This document shows positions 1-9,229 of a stretch of 32,000 nucleotides of DNA, piece by piece. Positions within the stretch are counted from its first letter, which is position 1. Every line of letters starts with the position of its first letter. This stretch comes from Candidatus Helarchaeota ASGARD archaeon Hel_GB_B (lineage in GTDB: Archaea; Asgardarchaeota; Lokiarchaeia; Helarchaeales; HEL-GB-B), in assembly GCA_005191425.1 (NCBI GenBank), contig SUPR01000022.1, forward strand, positions 7,494 to 39,493, written 5' to 3'. The position numbers and the translations under genes were made by a program. The notes under the pieces were generated by a model. That model worked only from the letters and a program-made list of their open reading frames with translations. It had not been told where the DNA came from and made no database searches.

Positions 1-315
1 AGCGATAGTGCCTGCTCTATCAATAAACGTCTTCATTCTTGAAGAAACATTTGCAAAATAAGTTGGAGAGCCGAGGATTAGTCCATCAGCCGCTACGACT
101 TTTTCTAGAATCTCATTTAAATCATCATCTTGAGCCATACACATACTATTTCCTTTGCATTGGAAACAAGCTTTACAGGGAAGTATATTTTTGTCTGCTA
201 ATTGGATTAATTCAGTTTCAATTCCAGCATTTTGCAGTTCTTCAAAAACTACTTCAATTGCTCGTTTGGTATTTCCATTTTTTCTGGAACTTCCATTAAT
301 CCCAATAACTTTCAT
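1..315 (-). CDS. isf: Iron-sulfur flavoprotein / NADPH-dependent FMN reductase (flavodoxin fold), 3' end cut off by the window edge
   Basis: Not in the ORF track; translated by hand from ATG at 315: MKVIGINGSSRKNGNT...PCKACFQCKGNSMC...ADGLILGSPTYFANVSSRMKTFIDR. Has the GSxRxxGNT FMN loop, the Cx2Cx2Cx5C cluster motif and GSPTY. Confidence 0.92.
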   Translation of the reverse strand, partial: MKVIGINGSSRKNGNTKRAIEVVFEELQNAGIETELIQLADKNILPCKACFQCKGNSMCMAQDDDLNEILEKVVAADGLILGSPTYFANVSSRMKTFIDRAGTIA

Positions 316-885
316 TTTTCACAACCACATTATTCTGTTTAATTATTTAAAAATCCGGATAGTTTAAATTTATTTATTAGACATCCTAAAATCGATCTAA
401 TTCTAATTTGAGAAAAATTGTCCAATTAATAAATTTAGTAAGATAAAATTTTAAGACAAGTTTAAAAAAATATGGTCAAAAAATGACATTTTTATTTTAT
501 TATTTATATATAATTTATAAATTTATTAAAAAGCGCAAATAGAGAGAGAATTTTGGTAGATGTTTAAAGTAGCCATACAAAAAGTGTAATATATTCAAAT
601 TATTTAGTTAATCAATATTAATCGCTGTATTTTTAAGATCATTATTGATTTCTTAGAGATAGATTATTTTATCTGTGCCTCTTAAATATTTCAAGGAGTC
701 CATCTTACAAAATATTTTGAAAAATATCAAATTCAAAAAAAAGTTTAAAAACTAAATTTAGAATTCTATTTTGAAAATGAGTTAAAATTTATTTGAAAGT
801 TAAAAAACTAAGTTTATTAGGTTACAGAAAATAGGTATAGCAATGAGAATTTTAGTCATTTTAAGTAAAAAATATAGGAGCGTGC

Positions 886-1344
886 TTGAAAATAGGTACC
901 ATTTTTAGCAAATTGCTAGCTGGATTTTCGATTTTCTCTATAATTGTGAATATTGGGATTATTCCAATAAATATGATAGGGATTTTTGGTTTAGGGGCAT
1001 TTTATTGGTTATTAAACAATTATTATATAATTTGGGGGGTCTGTATTATATTGAATATTAGCCTAAATTTTTTATTATGTGATATTACTAACTCTACTGG
1101 TAAAAAAATTGTGTATTGGTGTATCAGTTTATGTACATATATTGAAATAATCGTTTGGTTAGACATAGGTTATTTTATCTTGTACAATGTTGCGATTACG
1201 CAGATAATATCTTTAATTTTCATGAAGTTCTTATTGCTTATAAGTAATTTTGGGTTGGTCGCATTTAATGTAATTATAAGTCTAATGGACATTATTAATA
1301 GCAATAAATCAATATGGAGAAACAGGGGAGGTGTATTAAAATAA
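886..1344 (+). CDS. Hypothetical multi-pass membrane protein (about 4 TM)
   Basis: 152-aa ORF with TTG start and AGGAG at 876-880; almost wholly hydrophobic; abuts the esterase gene. Confidence 0.65.
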   Translation: MKIGTIFSKLLAGFSIFSIIVNIGIIPINMIGIFGLGAFYWLLNNYYIIWGVCIILNISLNFLLCDITNSTGKKIVYWCISLCTYIEIIVWLDIGYFILYNVAITQIISLIFMKFLLLISNFGLVAFNVIISLMDIINSNKSIWRNRGGVLK

Positions 1345-1346
1345 AA

Positions 1347-2594
1347 TTGAAGAATTTTTTACAAATTGTTGCTCAGGTAATTATAATAGGTGGCTTAATA
1401 TTTTGGATTTTTCCGACAATTTTGATTTTAACGGGTGGAATTTTTGGAGGCCAGTCATTTGAAACGACATTAGATATGTTTCTGCCACAGTTTACTGGAT
1501 TTTCCGTAATAGTCCTAATTGTTTCTACAGTTTTGAAGTTATTTTTGGTTAAGAAGCGAAAATGGCTTTTATATTTTACATTGGTCATAGGATTAGTTCT
1601 AATATTTACAAATCTATTACCACTAACTTCACCATACATTGCGACTAGCGATTTCGATACAAAGTTTAAATCGGCACTTGGAAATGATTATATATCAAAA
1701 ATCCCACCTGAATTGCGTTCCCAATTTAGGACATATAAATTTTCATTATGGAATTATTATTATTATGGATTTCACGATTTTCAATGCAATTTGACGCTGG
1801 ACATACCTTATCTAAAAATAGGAAATGACACCTTCAAATTTGACCTGTATAGGCCAATTAATCAAGCAAAGAAATCCCCTGTTGTAATAGCGATACATGG
1901 TGGTGGTTGGAGAACGGGCGATAAAGGAATTGAAAATATGTTTCCTTTAAATAAGTACCTTGCGAGTCAAGGATATGTGGTTTGTGATATTCAATATGGA
2001 CTGGCACCCAATGGATATAACATGTCAGATATAGTCAGTAATATAGGTTTTTTTACAAAATTTTTAGAGAACAAATCTTCTGCATATAAAATAGACCTAA
2101 ATAAGACCTTTTTCTTAGGGAGGTCTGCAGGGGCGCACTTAGCACTTTTATCTGGGTTGGGTATTAAGAGCCCGCAATTTTCCGGAATTTTTGGGAAATC
2201 GATTAATGTTTCAGGGATTATTGACTTTTATGGGCCGACTAATTTATCAATTACATATGATTTGTTTGTTAGATATGGAGAACCATCAATATTTACCTTT
2301 TTAATGAATGGGACGCCAAGTTCAAATCCCCAATCATATCATAAATATTCCCCAATAAATATAATAAACACATCGGCACCACCAATATTAATTCTTCATG
2401 GTAAAAATGATAAAATCGTATCAATTTCAGAGTCGGAGGTTTTTAAGAATAAATGTGATTTACTGTCAGATACCTGTATATTGCTTGAATTTCCATTTGG
2501 TGGACATGGGTTCGATTATTTTTTTCAATCGCAATATAGTCAAATAATTACTTATTATATAGAGAGGTTTATTGGATATTTCAGTAATGTATAA
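1347..2594 (+). CDS. Membrane-anchored alpha/beta hydrolase (HSL-like carboxylesterase)
   Basis: HGGGW oxyanion motif, GRSAG nucleophile elbow, HGKND (Asp), GGHGF (His); about 3 N-terminal TM helices. The ORF track starts at 1314; TTG at 1347 after GGAGGTG (1327-1333) avoids the overlap and is the likelier start. Confidence 0.88.
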   Translation: MKNFLQIVAQVIIIGGLIFWIFPTILILTGGIFGGQSFETTLDMFLPQFTGFSVIVLIVSTVLKLFLVKKRKWLLYFTLVIGLVLIFTNLLPLTSPYIATSDFDTKFKSALGNDYISKIPPELRSQFRTYKFSLWNYYYYGFHDFQCNLTLDIPYLKIGNDTFKFDLYRPINQAKKSPVVIAIHGGGWRTGDKGIENMFPLNKYLASQGYVVCDIQYGLAPNGYNMSDIVSNIGFFTKFLENKSSAYKIDLNKTFFLGRSAGAHLALLSGLGIKSPQFSGIFGKSINVSGIIDFYGPTNLSITYDLFVRYGEPSIFTFLMNGTPSSNPQSYHKYSPINIINTSAPPILILHGKNDKIVSISESEVFKNKCDLLSDTCILLEFPFGGHGFDYFFQSQYSQIITYYIERFIGYFSNV

Positions 2595-2780
2595 TTATGT
2601 TCTATTAATTATAACAATTCTTTATTTTTAACCAAGTTGGAATTAATGTAAGTAAATAAATTATAGGTTGAAATAGTAATTACGAATTAATATAATAAAA
2701 AGAATTTGGATAGAAATGATTATATGGAAAAAAATAAAGAATTTATTTTATGATATTTTAGAATTTATTTAAAAATAGTT

Positions 2781-3959
2781 TTATTTCATTATTTTAGTAT
2801 CTCTACCCATCCCTATGGAGACAATATTATCGGATGTAACTTCATAGTCGCTAGGTGTTTCATGAGTAATATCTAAATTGACACCTTTTATTGCCTCAGA
2901 ACGTTCTATTCCTAATTTTTCAGGGGTAATACGATTGGTACCAGGATATTTCCATTCAAAAACTCCAGATTTGAAGACAGACTTAGGGATTTTTTTAGGT
3001 TCCTTCGACCCAAGAATTTCCACGTTTAAGCTATCGATAGGCATTGGGATACCATCGTCCCATTGTCGTTCAATTGATGCATGCCATATTTCAGGATGTT
3101 CGTCTTGCATCCATTTTACTCCAATATCTTCGATCCCTTTAATTGAAAAACAATGTGACTGAAAAAGACCCATTATTCGCAATTGATAATCACGACGTTT
3201 CATCATACTCATCATCTGTAAAGTACTGGACCAAGGGATCATTGCTGCATAAAAATCAGGTAATTTGTAAATGCGTTCCGTATTTACCATATCATACATA
3301 AGTCCCATAGCATCATAATTACTTAATTCACATATGATATTTATGGCACAAGAAAGCCAAACTATTGTAGAATGATAGGGAGACGACGACCATTGAGGAG
3401 TCCGCTCATTCCTAACATCTTTTAAGATATCCATGCAAGCATACGCACATTTTGTAAGATTTTTAGTCCGTTTAGGAATCTCGCGTAGTTTATAACCCAG
3501 TTTCATATGTCGCCTGTCTAGAAGTTCATCGTCCTCTTTAACACCAGCAAACCAAAAATCAGCAGGTAATCCGTTCTCCATATGACAATTAATAATGGTG
3601 AAAATTTTTTGAGACATGTCATCTACCAAAATAAATGAACTGTCAATACTTTCGCCATGTAATAACTTCATTGCACCTTGTTGAAGGTCGGATCTTGTAA
3701 GAATAGCAGGGGGAAATATAGTATAAGTTATAACTTTTTCTGGTTCCTTTATTTTACCATCAATTAATTCTTTTGAAGTCATTATGCTTTCAGTCATCCT
3801 AACCCGCATAATCTCTTCAATTATCTCCCTTAAGCTTCTAGTCGCTTTATTCCAAGTTTCCCAGCCAATTTCTTGGTGCATTCTCCAAACATGTCTTGCA
3901 ATTGGTAAATATTTTTTTGTTCTTAAAGAATCATCAATCTCGCCATAAGTATGAAGCAT
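2781..3959 (-). CDS. Hypothetical soluble protein, 392 aa
   Basis: Long ORF, richer in GC than its flanks, GAGGT upstream of the ATG, globular composition; no motif recognised. Confidence 0.85.
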   Translation of the reverse strand: MLHTYGEIDDSLRTKKYLPIARHVWRMHQEIGWETWNKATRSLREIIEEIMRVRMTESIMTSKELIDGKIKEPEKVITYTIFPPAILTRSDLQQGAMKLLHGESIDSSFILVDDMSQKIFTIINCHMENGLPADFWFAGVKEDDELLDRRHMKLGYKLREIPKRTKNLTKCAYACMDILKDVRNERTPQWSSSPYHSTIVWLSCAINIICELSNYDAMGLMYDMVNTERIYKLPDFYAAMIPWSSTLQMMSMMKRRDYQLRIMGLFQSHCFSIKGIEDIGVKWMQDEHPEIWHASIERQWDDGIPMPIDSLNVEILGSKEPKKIPKSVFKSGVFEWKYPGTNRITPEKLGIERSEAIKGVNLDITHETPSDYEVTSDNIVSIGMGRDTKIMK

Positions 3960-4351
3960 AAAATTTACCTCGATTAGTCATTATACTTTCTTTCAATAAT
4001 TTACAACTTATATTATTTTTAAAATCTATGTTTAAATATAAATAATTAAGCAATTCTTGATAATTAAATTATATTAAACCATTAATTAATGAAATATAAA
4101 TTTAATCATGATAAATAACTGAAACTAAGTTAACAAATCTCAAAAATTTTATTTTTTTAATTTTATAAAAATGAACTTTAAATATCTCAGTTTAAAAAAT
4201 TGAAAAGGACGATTCTATATAAAAATTCGGTGGTTGAATATAGGATATAAAAAACAATAAAAGAAAAAGGAATTAAATTAAAGTTTTTTAAAAAGTGGTC
4301 GGTCCATTGATTATTTTTTAGTTTTATATAGAAGTTAGGAATGATTTATGA

Positions 4352-4885
4352 CTAAATTATTTTGTGGATACCGGCTCTTTCCAGTCCAATGAATAATAAA
4401 TAACCAAGTAAGTTCATAGAGATTAGAGACCCAGTAAAAATCCCGAGATATGTCAACCAGAACGGCATGTTAAGCAGAAACGGCAAATAAGTCCCGACAA
4501 TAAAAGTATTAATGAGGTTCATTAATAGAATAATTAATTGGATATAGATATGCCTTTTTTTGCCGGTCAAATTTTTAATTTTATTAAAGAGATAATAGCC
4601 CAATGAACCTGCAAGTAAATTAGCTAGAGAACCAAAAATAATATCAATCAGTCCGAGACCACCAATTATATTAGCCAAGATACACCCTATTGTTATTCCA
4701 ATAGTGCCAGGATAACCGAAGAAGAAAACAGTGGTAAATAGTGCATCAGCGACCCTAACTTGAGGAATATCCCAAGCGATAGGGATTAAAATTACTAGAA
4801 CAACATAAAGAGCACTAATTATAGCAATTAATGATATATAAATAGATGTATTTTTATTATTTTTTGACAATTTTTTTTCATTCAT
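4352..4885 (-). CDS. queT: QueT-family transporter (predicted queuosine/7-deazaguanine precursor ECF S-component, COG4708-like)
   Basis: QVRVADAL, GITIGCILAN and GLGLIDIIFGSLANL motifs; 5-6 TM; GAGGTG SD at 4899-4894. Confidence 0.85.
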   Translation of the reverse strand: MNEKKLSKNNKNTSIYISLIAIISALYVVLVILIPIAWDIPQVRVADALFTTVFFFGYPGTIGITIGCILANIIGGLGLIDIIFGSLANLLAGSLGYYLFNKIKNLTGKKRHIYIQLIILLMNLINTFIVGTYLPFLLNMPFWLTYLGIFTGSLISMNLLGYLLFIGLERAGIHKII

Positions 4886-4893
4886 TAATATTA

Positions 4894-4971
4894 CACCTCG
4901 AAACCCGGGGTTTATTGATTAATGTGGCGGAACGCGGTTTGAGGCGTACCCACCCGCCACGAAGTCAATAA
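4894..4971 (-). ncRNA. Candidate cis-regulatory structured 5' leader (riboswitch-like) of queT
   Basis: Nested inverted repeats TTATTGA(4912-18)/TCAATAA(4965-71), GTGGCGG(4924-30)/CCGCCAC(4954-60) and ACGC(4932-35)/GCGT(4944-47). The RNA segment CCUCAAACC is complementary to GGUUU(C)GAGG, which overlaps the SD. Confidence 0.55.
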
Positions 4972-4990
4972 TTTCTACCTTAAGAATTCT

Positions 4991-5006
4991 TATATAAATT
5001 TTTTCA
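4991..5006 (-). promoter_or_regulatory. Archaeal BRE + TATA box for the queT leader
   Basis: Minus strand reads ATGAAAAAA-TTTATATA (TATA at 4998-4991). The expected start site, about 25 nt downstream (near 4968), coincides with the first stem. Confidence 0.5.
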
Positions 5007-5126
5007 TTAATATTTTATTAATGAAATAAAGATTGGAAAAAGTTCAATAATTATTTAGTAAAGACAGTAAAGACGGAATTTGGTACCAGAAAAATAGAGA
5101 ACTATTATCTTCAATCAGTATAATAA

Positions 5127-6686
5127 GTGGTGAAAATAAAATATATAAATAATAAAAAGTTAAAAAGAAATATAATTGAATATAGAGAATACCAGGATTC
5201 GATTAGCGATATCTGCTTAGAGAAAAATACATTGGTCATATTACCGACTGCATTAGGAAAAACAATTATAGCGATTTTAACTGCAGTTAAATTATTGGAC
5301 AAAGATGAGAAAATAAAAATTTTAATGCTTGCACCAACAAGACCTTTAGTTGTCCAGCATTTTAATACATTTAAAAATTTATTAAATTATAATAACAAGG
5401 ATTTTACCATATTGACGGGAAAAATTTTGCCCAAAAAAAGGCTTATGGCATGGAATTCTGCTAAATTTATATTTGCTACACCACAAGTAATAAGAAACGA
5501 CTTACAGAACAAAAGATATAATTTAAAAGATATTGGACTTATTATTTTCGATGAGGCGCATCACGCAAGAAAAAACTATGCATATAATTATATTGCTTCG
5601 GAATATATTAAAGGATATGAGAAAACGCGAATCTTAGGTTTAACGGCATCTCCAGGAAAAGATGAAGAAAGTATCAATGAAATCTGTGAAAATTTATTTA
5701 TTGAAGCAATCCAATTTCGCTCGGAATACGATGACGATGTCAAAGATTATATTACGCCAATAACACTTTTTTGGCACAGATTAGAACTACCTGAAGAATA
5801 TAATTTGATTTTAAAAATACTAAGAGATATGGTAGAAGAGAATATACTTAAATTAAAAAGACAGGGTCTATTGATAATTAAATCTACAAAAATAATAACT
5901 AAAAAAGATATATTAGAACTGGGTAAAAAATTAAGAGTAGAATTAAATAGGGCAACAAGGAGAAAAAAGGGATATCTTTATAATGCAATCGTTATTCAAT
6001 CTGCTTTATTGTCGTTAATGCACGGAATTGAATTAATAGAGACGCAAGGACTATTACCATTTTGTAATTTTCTTAGAAAGATTGAGAAAGATGCATTACA
6101 AGGCAAATCAAAATATTCTAAATTAATAGTAGACCATTTAAAATTTGAAAAATTAACCTATTATTGTGAGTTTTATAGGCACATACCAAATCCTAAACTT
6201 GAGAAATTAGCGGTACTTATAAAACAAGAATTGCAAAAAAATGCAAATTCAAAAATAATTGTCTTTAGCCAATATAGAGATACAGTAATACGAATCCAAG
6301 AATATTTAAAGACAATAGATAATGTCAAGGCAATTAAATTTGTCGGACAAACTTCTAAAGAAAATGACCCAGGACTTAAACAAGATGAACAAGCCAGAAT
6401 AATTGAGGATTTTAAAGGAGATAAATATAATGTATTAATAGCGACATGTGTAGCGGAAGAGGGACTAGATATTCCAGCAGTAGATAGAGTAATTTTTTTT
6501 GAGCCAATTCCAAGTGAAATAAGATATATTCAACGAAAAGGTAGGACAAGTCGACACCATATTGGTCGAGTGGACATACTTCTAAATAAAAATACTATAG
6601 ATGAAGCATATTTTGGGGCAGCACTCTCTCGCGAGAAAAAGATGAAAAAAATTATTAAAAAATTAAACAAGAAACTAGAAAAATAA
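5127..6686 (+). CDS. hef: Hef/FANCM/Mph1-family SF2 DEAH helicase, helicase module only (no ERCC4 nuclease)
   Basis: LPTALGKT (motif I), DEAHHA (II), LTASP (III), EEGLDIP (V), QRKGRTSR (VI); ends at 519 aa. Confidence 0.92.
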   Translation: MVKIKYINNKKLKRNIIEYREYQDSISDICLEKNTLVILPTALGKTIIAILTAVKLLDKDEKIKILMLAPTRPLVVQHFNTFKNLLNYNNKDFTILTGKILPKKRLMAWNSAKFIFATPQVIRNDLQNKRYNLKDIGLIIFDEAHHARKNYAYNYIASEYIKGYEKTRILGLTASPGKDEESINEICENLFIEAIQFRSEYDDDVKDYITPITLFWHRLELPEEYNLILKILRDMVEENILKLKRQGLLIIKSTKIITKKDILELGKKLRVELNRATRRKKGYLYNAIVIQSALLSLMHGIELIETQGLLPFCNFLRKIEKDALQGKSKYSKLIVDHLKFEKLTYYCEFYRHIPNPKLEKLAVLIKQELQKNANSKIIVFSQYRDTVIRIQEYLKTIDNVKAIKFVGQTSKENDPGLKQDEQARIIEDFKGDKYNVLIATCVAEEGLDIPAVDRVIFFEPIPSEIRYIQRKGRTSRHHIGRVDILLNKNTIDEAYFGAALSREKKMKKIIKKLNKKLEK

Positions 6687-6852
6687 TAAATATTTATCCA
6701 ATTTTCAGAGTATTTAAATTAATAAATAAATTAAATTTACAATTTGCAGATATTTCAAAACAATGATTATCAATACAAATAATTAAATTAGATAAATATT
6801 AATAGAATTATAATTGTTTAGATTAAAATACCATTTATTTCAATTTTTTAAT

Positions 6853-7191
6853 TTATAATAAAGAATTATTAAAGCTGTTTCTATTTATTATACCATAGTT
6901 AATCATTGCAATTGCAATTTTACCACAGCTTTCCATATCGATGTGTGGAATTATATCTTTCACTTTTTGAGGACTTATATTAGTCCCGCATGATTCTAAT
7001 TTTTTAAATTGGTCTAATGTTATATGGCAAATTAATTTATTGATACCCAATTCTCTAATCATTAGGGATAATTTATCATTTTCACTTTGTACAAATATCC
7101 CTTGAACCCCATCTCTTTTTGGAAGTATTATATTCCTTTTTTTTTCTGATTTCTTGAAAAAGTCAGTAATTATAGTTTGCTTTGAGACCAT
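6853..7191 (-). CDS. Small hypothetical protein with N-terminal PIP box (putative PCNA interactor)
   Basis: 112 aa; residues 5-12 QTIITDFF match Qxx(I/L/M)xxFF and are followed by a basic KKSEKKR stretch. Confidence 0.7.
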   Translation of the reverse strand: MVSKQTIITDFFKKSEKKRNIILPKRDGVQGIFVQSENDKLSLMIRELGINKLICHITLDQFKKLESCGTNISPQKVKDIIPHIDMESCGKIAIAMINYGIINRNSFNNSLL

Positions 7192-7464
7192 TTTTTATTC
7201 ATTGAAAATTTAAGTTGACAGATTTTTAAAATTTTGGTTTTTAATCCATTTAAATGGTATTATCAACTAAAATAAAAAATATAAACGAACAACGAATTTT
7301 TAACAAAATTCATATCCAATCAAAATCTTTTATTTACATAGTAAAAAAGAATATAAATAATAATAGATTGTTCAAGTTCTAAAATATGAGTTAGATTTTA
7401 ATAATATTGTCTTTTATTAATTTTATTGAAGATGATTGGAAAAAGATAAAAGTACCATCGAAAA

Positions 7465-8457
7465 TTAATGCTTTTTAAATGTCTTTGAAATAATATTTTT
7501 GTTTACAATAAATGCATGATCGAATTTTTTTTCTAAGACATTAATAATATTTTCAAATGCGAGTTTAGCCATTTTAGTGCGTGTTTCAATAGTAGAAGAG
7601 CCGATATGGGGAGTAAGGACGACATTATCAAGTTTTAAAAGTGGATTATCATTACTGATAGGTTCAATAGTGTAGACATCAAGACCAGCTCCTGCAATAA
7701 TTTTGTTTTCGAGTGCCCAGATCAAGAATTTTTCATCGATAACTTTACCTCTGGAAATATTTATTATAAATGCTGTTTTCTTCATTAATTTTAATTCATT
7801 TTCGCCGATCATATTTTTAGTCTGGGGGTTTAATGGTACAGCTAAAATAATAAAATCAGATAATTTTAAAAGTTCAGATAATTCTTTAAATTCCATTGAA
7901 TAAAGTTTTTCTAATTCAAATTTTCTAGTACGACTGTAATAAATAATTTTCATATTAAATCCAACAGACCTTCTTGCAATAGCAGACCCAATACGTCCCA
8001 TTCCAATGATCCCAAGAGTTTTACTATGGACATCTCTACCTGCAAAAAAAAGTGGATGCCAATCCTTCCATTTATTGTCTAAAATAAAGTTATGGGCTTC
8101 GATAATTCTGCGGCTAATTGCCATAAGTAATGCCCAAGCAAGATCAGCCGTGGTCTCTGTTAATACTTCCGGGGTATTAGTAACGATAATATTTCGGTCT
8201 GTAGCTGCATCTATATCTATATTATCATATCCGACCGCGAAATTACTGATAACCTTAAGGTTTGGCCCAGCAGAGTCCATTATTTCGGCATCTATCTTAT
8301 TTCTTAAAGTACATATAATGCCATCAATACCCGGCACTAATTTAAGTAATTCTTTTTTAGATAATTTTCCTCCGGTATTAATATTAAACTTAAAATTAGT
8401 TCCAAACTTTTCCAAATTTTCAAATGGAAGTTTTCTAGTGATCAATATTTTATACAT
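7465..8457 (-). CDS. gyaR: D-2-hydroxyacid dehydrogenase, glyoxylate reductase type
   Basis: AVGYDNID, NTPEVLTETTADL, GMGRIG, INISRG, GLDV, LTPHIGS. Likely start is the ATG at 8457 (MYKILITRK) after GGTG; the ORF track start is 8505. Confidence 0.92.
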   Translation of the reverse strand: MYKILITRKLPFENLEKFGTNFKFNINTGGKLSKKELLKLVPGIDGIICTLRNKIDAEIMDSAGPNLKVISNFAVGYDNIDIDAATDRNIIVTNTPEVLTETTADLAWALLMAISRRIIEAHNFILDNKWKDWHPLFFAGRDVHSKTLGIIGMGRIGSAIARRSVGFNMKIIYYSRTRKFELEKLYSMEFKELSELLKLSDFIILAVPLNPQTKNMIGENELKLMKKTAFIINISRGKVIDEKFLIWALENKIIAGAGLDVYTIEPISNDNPLLKLDNVVLTPHIGSSTIETRTKMAKLAFENIINVLEKKFDHAFIVNKNIISKTFKKH

Positions 8458-8501
8458 AAGGTACACCAATTGGAATAAAAAATAAAATGTAAATACAATT
8501 T

Positions 8502-9203
8502 TCATTTAGTTGAGAAATAATTTAAGAGTCCGTAATATATCCCAAGAACCGCTTTGATCATAGAATCTATAAAATTTCGTATAACAAACATTTGTACAAT
8601 TAAAACAAAGATTATGGTAAAAACAATAGTCATTGTTGCAGCTAGTACCTCATGAGCAATATAAAAAGAAAAACCATTCATAAGTAATACCACAGTGATT
8701 ACGATCCTTAATACATTTGCACTATAGATACCCAATATCATAATAGAGCCACCAAGTAATTTTTTCCACCATTTTGTTGGAGTTGCAATCACAAGAGCTG
8801 TTAAAAGAGCTATAGCTTCAATACCAGTACAAAGTTTGATTACTTCTAAAGAAAAGGGATAGTCCAAGGGAGGGACATTTGGATAAATAATAACATGCCC
8901 AGCGTTTATAATAGTAAATGCAGGGGCTATATTGAAAATTGAAAGAAATTGCGATGCGCCTTCACTTGTTGCATATCGAAGCCATAAGTCAAATGTCCAG
9001 ATCTGTCCAGGTCCCCAACCATAAGGTATATTGAATAAAATATAGAAAAATTCAATAATTTCAGAGAGATACAAAATAAATAAAGTTAATAATATAACAG
9101 TACCAAAATAAATAATCGATTGGGTAAGAGTCCAACGTTCTGATTTGGAATCTTTTGGTGTTACATCAATAATTTTATCTTTATCAATATTATTTGACAT
9201 CAT
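8502..9203 (-). CDS. Exosortase/archaeosortase-family membrane transpeptidase
   Basis: Multi-TM protein with EVIKLCTGIE (Cys), NVLRI (Arg) and IAHE (His) catalytic triad pattern. Confidence 0.85.
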   Translation of the reverse strand: MMSNNIDKDKIIDVTPKDSKSERWTLTQSIIYFGTVILLTLFILYLSEIIEFFYILFNIPYGWGPGQIWTFDLWLRYATSEGASQFLSIFNIAPAFTIINAGHVIIYPNVPPLDYPFSLEVIKLCTGIEAIALLTALVIATPTKWWKKLLGGSIMILGIYSANVLRIVITVVLLMNGFSFYIAHEVLAATMTIVFTIIFVLIVQMFVIRNFIDSMIKAVLGIYYGLLNYFSTK

Positions 9204-9229
9204 TTTTAATTCATTTTGAAATATTTGAT

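Noticed and set aside
39-367. Plus-strand ORFs 39-299 and 155-367
   Set aside because: They are antisense shadows of the iron-sulfur flavoprotein gene on the minus strand (315 to <1).
4894-4971. tRNA, TPP or fluoride riboswitch, or SECIS as the identity of the GC-rich element
   Set aside because: GGGUUUCGA resembles a T-loop, but there is no closing T-stem, anticodon arm or acceptor stem. The CUGAGA (TPP) and GAUG (fluoride) cores are absent. The element is 5' of both flanking genes, so it is not a 3' SECIS.
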